In this document: piece by piece, positions 18,216-26,961 of the stretch
Position numbering within the stretch: the stretch's first letter is position 1
How the letters are laid out: every line of letters starts with the position of its first letter
Origin: Chloroflexota bacterium
Lineage (GTDB): Bacteria > Chloroflexota > Anaerolineae > UBA4142
Direction: 5' to 3'
NCBI GenBank assembly: GCA_023489485.1
Contig: JAMDCU010000158.1
Span: 1 to 63,111, forward strand
DNA length: 63,111 nucleotides
The notes under the pieces: generated by a model
Told to the model about the DNA's origin: nothing
Seen by the model: only the letters and a program-made list of their open reading frames with translations
Databases searched by the model: none
Program-made: the position numbers and the translations under genes

Positions 18216-19790
18216 TTACTGGCCGTAGACGGTGCGAGGCTGCCAAATGAACTTTCTGACATCTCCCTGCGGGCTGACGGGTTGGCCTTGTCCATCCACG
18301 ATGAACAAGGTCCAGAGATACTCCGCGTATCCAAAAGCGTCCTGGAGGGCCAAGATGTATTTCTGCGGCTGGCTCGCTGGGTACCGCCTCTCCCAAGTCG
18401 AGCTTGCAGGACGTTTCAGGAACACCTCATAATGATCACCCGGCTGCTGCAGCGGGCCTTCTTCCCATTCGAAAGTAACTGCAAATCCCTCCTGGGTTTG
18501 CCCATTTTTCGGCTCGCGCAGGGCGACTGCAGGATAGCGCAACGGCACTTGAGAGGCCGGCGGGCTTGGAGGCGGCACGAAGATCGCCGTGGGAGCAAAC
18601 GGACTCACTACCGGCTGAACGGTTACGGTCACGACGACCAGCGTTGAATAGACCGTTACAGCAGGTCGCGGCGACGGGACCAGAGTGGCCGTGGAGCTCG
18701 GCTCAACACTGGGAGTTGGAGCGCTTATTGCCGCAAAGGATACCTCGGTCGGGGTTGGCGCCGGGGGTTGCCCCTGGCTGAGAATGACAAATGCGAATAT
18801 CAAAGATACCACTACAAGTGCTCCCACCCCGATCAGCACTGCCATCGGTAATGATATGGGGCCGCGTGTGGGAGTAGTCGCTACCGGTGGCGGTTGTTGA
18901 GGAGGTAGCGATACCGGCGGGGGCATAGGGGTTGGCACGGCCACCGAGGGAGGAGTGAGCGATGCCGCCGGTTGCTCTCCGATCAGAGCGGCCAACATTT
19001 CTCCCGGTGTCTGAAAGCGCTCTTCTGGGTTCTTGGCCAATGCCTGGTTGACTACCGCTTCGACAGATGCCGGCAAATCGGTGCGAAAAGTGCGAATGCT
19101 GGGCGGGGCTTCGTACACCTGCTTGTGCAGCATAGAAGGTGTACTCTCCGCGTTGAACGGTAGACTTCCAGTGAGCATCTCAAATAACACGACGCCGAGG
19201 GCATAGACATCCGTACGCCCATCCACCGGCCGGCTATCCGCCTGTTCGGGTGACATGTAAGCAGGCGTGCCAAGAGGCTGACCCGTAGTGCTCACCGAAC
19301 TGCCAATGGCCAACTTGACCAGTCCAAAATCGGTCAGGACCGCTTTGTCGTAGTCATCTATGATGATATTGCTCGGCTTGATATCCCGATGGATGAGACT
19401 CTGACTATGGGCATAATCCAGCGCTGAAGCGACCTGACCGATGATCTTCTTTGCCCTCCCCAATGGAAGCGGAGCCTCAGCCTGGATGATCTTGTCGAGC
19501 GATTGCCCGGATAGGAATTTCATGGTGATATACTGAATACCCTGCTCCTCACCCAATTCGTAAATCGCGACGATACCCGGGTGCTCCAGATTTGCCTCGG
19601 TCTGGGCCTCCTGCTTAAACCTGGTCACGAACGCGGGATCGGTTAGCCGGCTGGCCGCAAGCACCTTGAGCGCGACGATGCGCTTCAGTTGCTGGTCTCG
19701 CGCCCTGTAGACGACTCCGAACCCGCCTCTTCCGATTTCTTCAAGGATTTCATACTTGCCGAGATGCTGCCCAGTCAAGGATGGAATCAT
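18216..19790 (-). CDS. Ser/Thr protein kinase STK1: kinase, TM helix, extracellular ~100-aa 'X' domain
   Basis: GRGGFGVVY, ALKVL, HRDIKPSN, DFGL, SPEQ. TM segment LPMAVLIGVGALVVVSLIFAFVIL. C-terminal LRYPAVALREPKNGQ..TFEWEEG..GDHYEV..WTLFIVDGQG. ATG at 19790 is preceded by AAGGGAG (track start 19919). Confidence 0.9.
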   Translation of the reverse strand: MIPSLTGQHLGKYEILEEIGRGGFGVVYRARDQQLKRIVALKVLAASRLTDPAFVTRFKQEAQTEANLEHPGIVAIYELGEEQGIQYITMKFLSGQSLDKIIQAEAPLPLGRAKKIIGQVASALDYAHSQSLIHRDIKPSNIIIDDYDKAVLTDFGLVKLAIGSSVSTTGQPLGTPAYMSPEQADSRPVDGRTDVYALGVVLFEMLTGSLPFNAESTPSMLHKQVYEAPPSIRTFRTDLPASVEAVVNQALAKNPEERFQTPGEMLAALIGEQPAASLTPPSVAVPTPMPPPVSLPPQQPPPVATTPTRGPISLPMAVLIGVGALVVVSLIFAFVILSQGQPPAPTPTEVSFAAISAPTPSVEPSSTATLVPSPRPAVTVYSTLVVVTVTVQPVVSPFAPTAIFVPPPSPPASQVPLRYPAVALREPKNGQTQEGFAVTFEWEEGPLQQPGDHYEVFLKRPASSTWERRYPASQPQKYILALQDAFGYAEYLWTLFIVDGQGQPVSPQGDVRKFIWQPRTVYGQ

Positions 19791-19921
19791 AACGTCTCCC
19801 TTCACTGAGATGCTAGACGCTGCAGTATCTACATGGCCTTCCATTGCGGTACCATGATCTGCTTGTTGGAGGCCCACACGAAGCCCGTGCGCCCCAATGC
19901 TCTCAAAAGCATCGCCCAAGT

Positions 19922-21847
19922 TCAGGGCAACAGCAGATGAGGTAGGCTAGGGAGTCTGGATGGAGCATTTGTGTTCCATCCGGCCGTGAAGGACCAGGGC
20001 CCAGCGCTACCGGACACGCCGCAAGGAGCCGTATAACTGTTCAGTCCGTCCTCCCCATGCGCCGTTGTCGGCGAATCGAAGGTCACGTCCGCATGGAAGG
20101 ATCCGCTGAAGGAGAAGTGATTGTTGATAATCGGCTCTGGCGTCGCATGCGTGATCTTGAAATTAGTCAGATTGCAGCTAGGGATATCGATGTAAGTGGA
20201 AAAGCTAGTCACCAAAGTACCATCAGAACTGACATAGAACTCATCTCGGTTGCTGCTTCGCCACAACCCGGCCTTGGGTCCCCATCGAATGAGGAAAGGC
20301 AGAAACAGATGCAGATTCTCGACCGAATAGGTCATTGATGAAGCGCTGTCAACAAAGTTATCGTCACCTGAATAGGTGGCCGTGAGGGTCTTGCGTCCCA
20401 CAGAAGTGAACGTTATCTCGCAACCGCCTGCCGCAACCACGTCACTGCAACCAACCACCCCGTCGCTTATGGATACGCTGCCACTTGGAGATCCGCTACC
20501 TGGTGGGTCCGCACGAACCGCGTAGCTCACTCTCACCGTTCTCCCTACGGCGGAACTGGCAGGCGAGGGTCCGGTGATAGTTGTGGTTGTATTTGCCATG
20601 TTCACGGTATGAACGACGCTGGCCGATGTAATCCCATGGAAGTTGCCATCACCCGTGTACGTCGCCGTCAGCACCTTACCTCCAGTTGAAGCAAACGTGA
20701 TGGCGCAGCTTCCCGCTGCAATTGTGCCTACACAACTACTTATCCCATCGCTCACTGTTACACTGCCCGAAGGTGTTCCTCCACCAGGCACATTGATAGC
20801 CACCATGTAAGTCACAATAACCACTTCGCCGACAACCGATGGACTTGGTTCGTGTGATGATATCACCGTGGTTGTGCTCGCCTTTTCCACATTCTCAGTC
20901 TGAACGCCAGCGCTCGCAGAAAAGCTCGCATCTCCGCTGTACAGAGCAGTGATGCTGTGCATTCCTACTGCGAGCGATGAGGTCCAGCAACTTGCCTGCG
21001 CCGTGACATTCAGAGACTGGGAACTACATCCGGCAATATCCGCGCCTCCGTCTTTAAACACCACTGTCCCAGTAGGCGTGCCCCCCGTCCCAGTAACCGT
21101 AGCTGTAAAACTTACGCCTTGTCCGAAGACCGACGGATTGAACGACGAAGTTATAGTTGTTGTTGTCGTGGGTGCAAGCGTCCCGATGAAATTCACTCCC
21201 GTGGCATTCGGTGGCACTGCAACACTGTCCGAAGCGGGAGAGAAGGTATAGCCGCTCTTCCAGGCAACAATGGAACATACGCCCGGTGGTAGCCCGGCTA
21301 AAACATAGTTGCCGCTCAAATCTGAAAACGCGGAATGTGTTGTGGCCGGCAGAGTACCAAGCTGGGTGCCAATCTGTGCCCCGGAAATGGGCGCGGAGCT
21401 CCCGTCGACAGTTTTGCCCGAGATAGAGAACGTCAATACTGTGCCGGTAATTGGTTGATCGGATGAGATTACAGCATATCCAAAATAATCCTGCGCGCTA
21501 GGTAAATTGCTACTCACATCAAAGGTGCTCGTTTCCCCAGCAGGTATCTGTATCAGGGGCGATGTGACCAGCATGCTCCCAGAGTCATCGTAAAACGTCT
21601 GGTATGTGTTCGCTGCAGCCCCGCCCATGTTCGTGACTCTGTACTGTGAGGAAAAGCAAGAGTTTTTCTCCAAGCTTGGGACGGTAAGAAGAAAAGGACT
21701 AGCAGGGCGATCGAGCGGCGGACGGGAATCTCGATCTATACGGGGTACACTACCCGCGGCAGTCGGCCGCACGCCCCAAGCCATCAACGTAATGGTGATA
21801 CAGATCAGGCTCAAGGCAATCGAGACCGCAGTGCGTTGAATCTTCAT
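19922..21847 (-). CDS. Secreted protein with a carboxypeptidase-regulatory-like domain and three bacterial Ig-like repeats
   Basis: Signal peptide MKIQRTAVSIALSLICITITLMAWG. Three ~95-aa repeats share the pattern TTTxI...P(S)..G..V..T..V......GTP(S)G.V...DG....C........C......G...LTATY.GD.NF. Confidence 0.7.
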   Translation of the reverse strand: MKIQRTAVSIALSLICITITLMAWGVRPTAAGSVPRIDRDSRPPLDRPASPFLLTVPSLEKNSCFSSQYRVTNMGGAAANTYQTFYDDSGSMLVTSPLIQIPAGETSTFDVSSNLPSAQDYFGYAVISSDQPITGTVLTFSISGKTVDGSSAPISGAQIGTQLGTLPATTHSAFSDLSGNYVLAGLPPGVCSIVAWKSGYTFSPASDSVAVPPNATGVNFIGTLAPTTTTTITSSFNPSVFGQGVSFTATVTGTGGTPTGTVVFKDGGADIAGCSSQSLNVTAQASCWTSSLAVGMHSITALYSGDASFSASAGVQTENVEKASTTTVISSHEPSPSVVGEVVIVTYMVAINVPGGGTPSGSVTVSDGISSCVGTIAAGSCAITFASTGGKVLTATYTGDGNFHGITSASVVHTVNMANTTTTITGPSPASSAVGRTVRVSYAVRADPPGSGSPSGSVSISDGVVGCSDVVAAGGCEITFTSVGRKTLTATYSGDDNFVDSASSMTYSVENLHLFLPFLIRWGPKAGLWRSSNRDEFYVSSDGTLVTSFSTYIDIPSCNLTNFKITHATPEPIINNHFSFSGSFHADVTFDSPTTAHGEDGLNSYTAPCGVSGSAGPWSFTAGWNTNAPSRLPSLPHLLLP

Positions 21848-22063
21848 CGTCTCTCCGTATGTTGTAAATTCTCTGTGGTCGCTCCGTCCTCATGGCACAA
21901 GCATTTGTTGGTCAGCGTACGTCCATCCCAGCGACGTAGCCCAGTCCTCGTAGGTTAGTGCCTGCGATGAGCAAATCAGAAAGATCAGGCCCGCCACATG
22001 CCCGTGGCGAGCATTGCGTCGCTGATCCTAAAGAGGGGCGCTCTCTCGGCTGGCTCGAATGGC

Positions 22064-23908
22064 CTACTTGACGAAGGGTGGCTGAGGCTGGGCAGGCCCG
22101 GAACCACTTTGCTGCTTCGGCTGCCAAGATATTTCTCGCTCCTCGCCCGGCTGGCTAACGATCTGCTGCTCAGCATCCACAGCCATCACACTCCACACGT
22201 AATCCCCATAGTCGAAAACATCCCGAATAGATAGAATGAATTTCCCGCCCGCAACAGGGAAACCCTTTTCCCAGATGGAACTAGCCGCTCGCCTGATCCG
22301 CAGTTCCAGGTGGTCTCCAGACTGTTGCATTGCAGGGTCCGTCCACTCGAATGTGGCGCTCTCGCCTTGTACGAGTTGCTCGTTCTTCGGCTCACGCAGA
22401 GCAACGGCCGGATATCGAATCGCTACGGTCGGCATTTTCGTCGGCGCCGGCGTGTTCGTCGGCGCACCCATAGTCGGAGTAGCCGTTAGGATGGCGCCGG
22501 TACGAGTCGACGTGGGCGCAGCAGGGCTTAGTGTTGAACTCGGCGTCTTCACCGCCCCCGTCGGCAGCGCCGTAACAGTGCTTGGAACAATGGCCACTAC
22601 CGCAGTCGGAACGGAAGCCTGCGGGCTCACCGCTAAAACAGCCGTCGCGGCTACCGACGGGATGATCGACGCCTGAGGCAGTATTGTCGGCTGCCCCTTG
22701 GTCATGTTCACCGATGCAGATTCTGAGGCAAAAAGAGAACGGACGGCAATGCTACCAGCCACAGCCAGGCAGGCTACTATGAGGAAGGCCGCGACTCCAA
22801 TAACCCAAGCTCGCCTTCGTTCTCTCTCTGCCGCTTGCTCCAGTGCCTGACGCTCGGATTCCCGTTTGGCACTCTCCTCCGCTGCCAGCCGTTCGGCTTC
22901 TCTTGCTCTCCTCTCTGCCTCTTCACGCTTCGCCTTTTCCTCAGCCAACTTTATGGCGATGCGTTCTTGCTCCTCGCGCGCTTTTCTCTCTTCTTCTCGG
23001 CGGAGTGCTTCCGCCCGTGCCTTCTTTTCAGCTGCTTGCCGCTCCCTCTCCTGACGCTGCTTGACGGCGTCCTGCTCTTTTGCCTGATCAATAATGCCCT
23101 GCAAAGCGCTACTCATTGCGCCAGCAGTCTGGTACCGTTCCTCAGGGTTCTTTGCAAGGGCCTTGTTCACGACGCTCTCAACGGCTTCAGGCAAATCGCC
23201 GCGCAGCGATCGGAGGCTGGGGGGAGGCTCGTTTACCTGTTTATAGAGCACGGCAAGAGACGTATCAGCCTTGAAGGGCGCCCTGCCCGTAAGCATTTCG
23301 AACGCCACGATCCCAAGGGCATAGACGTCTGTACGGGCGTCCGCCGGTTGGCCTTGAGCCTGCTCGGGAGCCATATACTCGGGAGTCCCAAGGATTTGTC
23401 CGGAAATGGTCGTCACGGAATGAGACAGAACCTTCGCCAAGCCAAAGTCCGTGAGAGTCGCGTGATCGCGGTCATCCACGATGATATTGCTGGGTTTGAT
23501 ATCTCGATGAACCAGCCCCTCAGCATGAGCCTGATCGAGTGCGGAAGCCAATTGAGTAGTGATTTTGGCAACACGCTCGAGGGGAAGACATTTCTCCGGG
23601 GCGATGACCTTGTCCAAAGGTTTGCCCCAGAGGAACTCCATCGCGATAAAGTAGGAGCCCTGTTCCTCCCCCGACTGATAAATGGTTACAATATTCGGGT
23701 GCTTGAGGTTAGCGGCCGATTGTGCTTCCTGCTGAAAGCGCTCGACAAAAGCCGGATCCTCGAGTAGGGAGGACTTGAGCACTTTGAGCGCTTCGATGCG
23801 GTTCAGGGTCGTGTTACGCGCTTTGTAGACGACTCCAAAACCTCCGCGCCCTACCTCTTCCAGGATCTCGTATTTGCCCAGGTGCTGCAGCTTGGGTGGT
23901 TCCGGCAT
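22064..23908 (-). CDS. Ser/Thr protein kinase STK2: kinase, E/R/A-rich coiled coil, TM helix, 'X' domain
   Basis: GRGGFGVVYKA, HRDIKPSN, DFGL. An ~85-aa charged coiled coil. TM segment AWVIGVAAFLIVACLAVAGSIAV. C-terminal IRYPAVALREPKNEQ..TFEWTD..GDHLEL..WSVMAVDAEQ. ATG at 23908 is preceded by GAGGA. Confidence 0.9.
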   Translation of the reverse strand: MPEPPKLQHLGKYEILEEVGRGGFGVVYKARNTTLNRIEALKVLKSSLLEDPAFVERFQQEAQSAANLKHPNIVTIYQSGEEQGSYFIAMEFLWGKPLDKVIAPEKCLPLERVAKITTQLASALDQAHAEGLVHRDIKPSNIIVDDRDHATLTDFGLAKVLSHSVTTISGQILGTPEYMAPEQAQGQPADARTDVYALGIVAFEMLTGRAPFKADTSLAVLYKQVNEPPPSLRSLRGDLPEAVESVVNKALAKNPEERYQTAGAMSSALQGIIDQAKEQDAVKQRQERERQAAEKKARAEALRREEERKAREEQERIAIKLAEEKAKREEAERRAREAERLAAEESAKRESERQALEQAAERERRRAWVIGVAAFLIVACLAVAGSIAVRSLFASESASVNMTKGQPTILPQASIIPSVAATAVLAVSPQASVPTAVVAIVPSTVTALPTGAVKTPSSTLSPAAPTSTRTGAILTATPTMGAPTNTPAPTKMPTVAIRYPAVALREPKNEQLVQGESATFEWTDPAMQQSGDHLELRIRRAASSIWEKGFPVAGGKFILSIRDVFDYGDYVWSVMAVDAEQQIVSQPGEEREISWQPKQQSGSGPAQPQPPFVK

Positions 23909-23922
23909 AGAATCCTCTAGGT

Positions 23923-24660
23923 TCAATGGTGGTGGCATTTCGCACAATCTGAGCCGTATTTGTCCCGATGCTGCCAAGTCAGCCGTCTCGTTTCCCCTTG
24001 CTGGCTTACTATGCGGCCTTCGCCGTTGACGACAAGAACCGTCCAGGTATAATCGCTGTAACCAAGTGCTTCCTCATACGGCCATTCCTTCTTGCCTAGC
24101 CCGGTCGGATCAAAAGTCTTCTCCCAGGCTTGGCTCGCAGCTCGCTTGATAAAGACTTGATAGTGATCGCCCTCCTGCAAAGGGACTTGGTTCCACTCGA
24201 AGGTGATCGAAAAACTCTGAAAGGTCTGGCCGTCCTGCGGCTCTCGCAACTTGACGGGCGCATAGCGCGGCGGCAGCGTGGGCGTCGGCGAGGGAGTTAA
24301 GGTTGGTGCCACCGTTGGCGTCTCGGTGGGCGTGGGCTGTTGAGTGACGACTACCGTCACGCCGATCGGCCCCGGCGTCACATTGACGACCACCGTAGGT
24401 GCGTTGACGGTGATTGCTGCCTGTCCGACAACAACCGTTGGCGCGTTCACCGTGACAACAATCTGCGGAACGCCGCCCTCTGGCGGGGTCGCCGCGGGAT
24501 ACGGAGATTGTTGAAATGCATAGAACGCATAGCCGGCGATACCGATGACTATAAGAACCACAGCGAGGCTCAGAAGGCGGCTGGTCTTCTTCTGACGCTT
24601 GAACAACTCTCGTGCTTCGGACGACGGGCTTGGCGTGTCAGGAGAGGGTATTGTGTTCAC
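23923..24660 (-). CDS. Kinase-less single-pass membrane protein carrying the same 'X' domain
   Basis: GTG at 24660 is preceded by GGAGG. TM segment LLSLAVVLIVIGIAGYAFYAF, then a T/P/V linker, then PRYAPVKLREPQDGQ..TFEWNQ..GDHYQV..WTVLVVNGEG. Confidence 0.65.
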   Translation of the reverse strand: MNTIPSPDTPSPSSEARELFKRQKKTSRLLSLAVVLIVIGIAGYAFYAFQQSPYPAATPPEGGVPQIVVTVNAPTVVVGQAAITVNAPTVVVNVTPGPIGVTVVVTQQPTPTETPTVAPTLTPSPTPTLPPRYAPVKLREPQDGQTFQSFSITFEWNQVPLQEGDHYQVFIKRAASQAWEKTFDPTGLGKKEWPYEEALGYSDYTWTVLVVNGEGRIVSQQGETRRLTWQHRDKYGSDCAKCHHH

Positions 24661-24739
24661 TGGTGAACCTCCGTACGGAAAGGAGCGACAACCTGCCGAG
24701 CTTCGTCTCTCACTCTGTAACCCAATTCGCAGGCCGTTT

Positions 24740-26893
24740 CTACTGCACTCGAGACGTGCTGCCGTCAAATACCGTTATTTTTCCTGCAACGACTTCGATG
24801 TCTGTGTACAGCTGGTCGCCGATACCAATGGCGTATTTACCTGGAGTCAGGTCAATGACCGCGCGTCCCGTATTATCAGTATGCAAGTTGGCAACCCCCG
24901 AACCTTTGGTCGGCTTGCCGTTCACATCGAGTTTTTGTGTACTGATGTCGCACCATTGGTCTGTGTTGGCCGAGCCGTCTGGTTTCTTAAGCGCGAGAGT
25001 TATGCGCCCAAGGGTAATAATCCGTTTGGTCTCTTGGCCCGGCTGAACAGGGATGCTGTCTTCGCCCTCTGCGCCGTAGGCATTGCCCCATGAATATCCT
25101 GCCAAATCCGATGTCACTAGATACATTCCAGGAGCAAGATCAAAGCTTACTGCCCCGGTGTTATCGGTCTGACGCCAGGCCACTTGGCCCGAAGATACCC
25201 AATGGCCTGCAACGTCCTGCTGTTGCATGTAGACGGTGACGCCTTGGTTAACAATCGTCGTCCCATCCGCTCGTACAAAACCGTATGTCAACCGTCCAAT
25301 CGATACGACCACTTGGGTGGTCTGGCCTGATGCGACAGAAACGCCCGTTTTTCCCTTTACATCGGCCGCGTCTCCCCAGTTATAACCTGCCAAGTCTACT
25401 GCGACTATGTACTGTCCGGGGTTGATGTTCAACGTCGCTGTTCCTGCGTTATCCGTGCTAGCCCATCCCGCGTCGTTCGCCTTTACCCATCTCCCTTGGA
25501 TGTCTTGTTTTTGCGCATAGATGCTTACGCCGACACCCTGCAGCACTTGGCCGGTGCCCTGCCTCAGGGTGACTTGAATAGAACCCTGGCCTGCGGGTGC
25601 CTTGGAACCTGCTATGGTGCTAATTGCGTAGGCCTGTCCGATGTTCTTGTCTGAAATAGGCACTGTCGGTTGCTGGGTTGGCACCGGCGATTTCATAGGC
25701 GTGGGAGCCAGAGTTGGTGCTGCCGTCGGAGGTACTGCAGTCGCCAACGGCATTGCGGTTGGCGCGATAGTTGGTATCGCTGACGGCGCTGCGGTTGGTG
25801 AGCTAGCCAGCGAGTTGATCAGCGCGGACGTTGGAATCGCGGTTGGTATCCCAGTTAACGTGAGCGCGGCCGTCGCCGTAGCTGTTGCTATCTGGGTTGC
25901 CGTTGGTGTGGATTGAGGCAAAAGGAGCGCGACGAGCTTTTGAGATATGCCCGGAATTGCCGCAAACACGGCAAGACATCCGGCAACCAGTACGAGAGCG
26001 ACAAGGGCCACCGCCGTGCATGCAAGCCCGGGTTTGGACCTTTTGATCGGCACCTGCTTGGCGTTCGGCGTCACTGACGCACGCAGTGCGGCAGCGAACA
26101 TCTCGGCAGAGGCATAGCGATCCGCCGGTTTCTTTTCCAAGGCTTTGAGGACTGCCGTCTCAACGCTCGGGGGCACCTTCGCCCCGGACTGGCTCATTGG
26201 AGGTGGCAATTCATTCACATGCTTGTACAGAATCGCCATCGGATCATTCCCCTGGAACGGGGTGCTGCCCGTGAGCGCCTCATAGGCGACCACGCCCAGC
26301 GAGTAGATGTCGGAGCGGGCATCGGCAGGCTTGTTCTGGGCTCGCTCCGGTGCAGCATACTCGACCGTGCCGCTAAACGCTCCGCTCATGCTCATCGTCG
26401 AACTGGCTCGCACCGCCTTAGCCAAACCAAAGTCGGCGAGTTTGGCACGGCCGTCGCCCGAGATGAGAATGTTAGACGGCTTGATATCGTTGTGGAGAAG
26501 ACCAATTGCATGGGCCGCCGCAAGACCCTCCGCCACCTGGCTAACCACTCTCACAGCCTCGTCACAGGGCAACTGTTTCTTCTCGGCGAGGATATCTGCA
26601 AGCGAATGGGGCAGATATTCCATGGCAATGAACAGTTTCCCCTGTTCCTGCCCCACCTCATAGATCGTCACGATATTCGGATGGTTTCCCAGACCGGCGA
26701 TGGTCTTGGCTTCGCCCAGAAACGCTTGCGTGAATTGGGGGTCGGTTAACAGGACTGGCTTTAGAACCTTGAGGGCTACGTCCCGGCTGAGGGTAGGATC
26801 CCACGCCCGATACACGACTCCGAATCTTCCCTCTCCGATCTCCCCTCTAATCTCGTACTTGCCCAAATGTGGAGACGTTTGCGACGCGCTCAT
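24740..26893 (-). CDS. Ser/Thr protein kinase STK3 (non-RD: HND): kinase, TM helix, three beta-sandwich repeats
   Basis: GEGRFGVVYRA. The catalytic loop is LLHNDIKPSN rather than HRD. DFGL is present. TM segment LACTAVALVALVLVAGCLAVFAAI. Three ~85-aa repeats (..TDN(A/T)G.A...L.PG.Y......GY.WG..). ATG at 26893 is preceded by AAAGGAG. Confidence 0.9.
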   Translation of the reverse strand: MSASQTSPHLGKYEIRGEIGEGRFGVVYRAWDPTLSRDVALKVLKPVLLTDPQFTQAFLGEAKTIAGLGNHPNIVTIYEVGQEQGKLFIAMEYLPHSLADILAEKKQLPCDEAVRVVSQVAEGLAAAHAIGLLHNDIKPSNILISGDGRAKLADFGLAKAVRASSTMSMSGAFSGTVEYAAPERAQNKPADARSDIYSLGVVAYEALTGSTPFQGNDPMAILYKHVNELPPPMSQSGAKVPPSVETAVLKALEKKPADRYASAEMFAAALRASVTPNAKQVPIKRSKPGLACTAVALVALVLVAGCLAVFAAIPGISQKLVALLLPQSTPTATQIATATATAALTLTGIPTAIPTSALINSLASSPTAAPSAIPTIAPTAMPLATAVPPTAAPTLAPTPMKSPVPTQQPTVPISDKNIGQAYAISTIAGSKAPAGQGSIQVTLRQGTGQVLQGVGVSIYAQKQDIQGRWVKANDAGWASTDNAGTATLNINPGQYIVAVDLAGYNWGDAADVKGKTGVSVASGQTTQVVVSIGRLTYGFVRADGTTIVNQGVTVYMQQQDVAGHWVSSGQVAWRQTDNTGAVSFDLAPGMYLVTSDLAGYSWGNAYGAEGEDSIPVQPGQETKRIITLGRITLALKKPDGSANTDQWCDISTQKLDVNGKPTKGSGVANLHTDNTGRAVIDLTPGKYAIGIGDQLYTDIEVVAGKITVFDGSTSRVQ

Positions 26894-26961
26894 TGGCGCT
26901 CCTTTTGTCGCGCAGATGCTGCTAAGGATTGTTGTGCGAGTTGGTCGATCATCGCCTGTCT

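Noticed and set aside
22850-23060. Apparent GC-rich tandem DNA repeats (similar tracts near 36270-36500, 43540-43720, 48240-48420)
   Set aside because: These are the E/R/A/Q-rich coiled-coil coding segments of the kinases. The periodicity is codon-level low complexity, not a discrete repeat array.
22835-23767. 310-aa + strand ORF
   Set aside because: It is antisense to the STK2 kinase and coiled-coil region. Its Leu/Arg/Ser-rich, low-complexity translation is typical of shadow ORFs in high-GC DNA, and it has no motifs.
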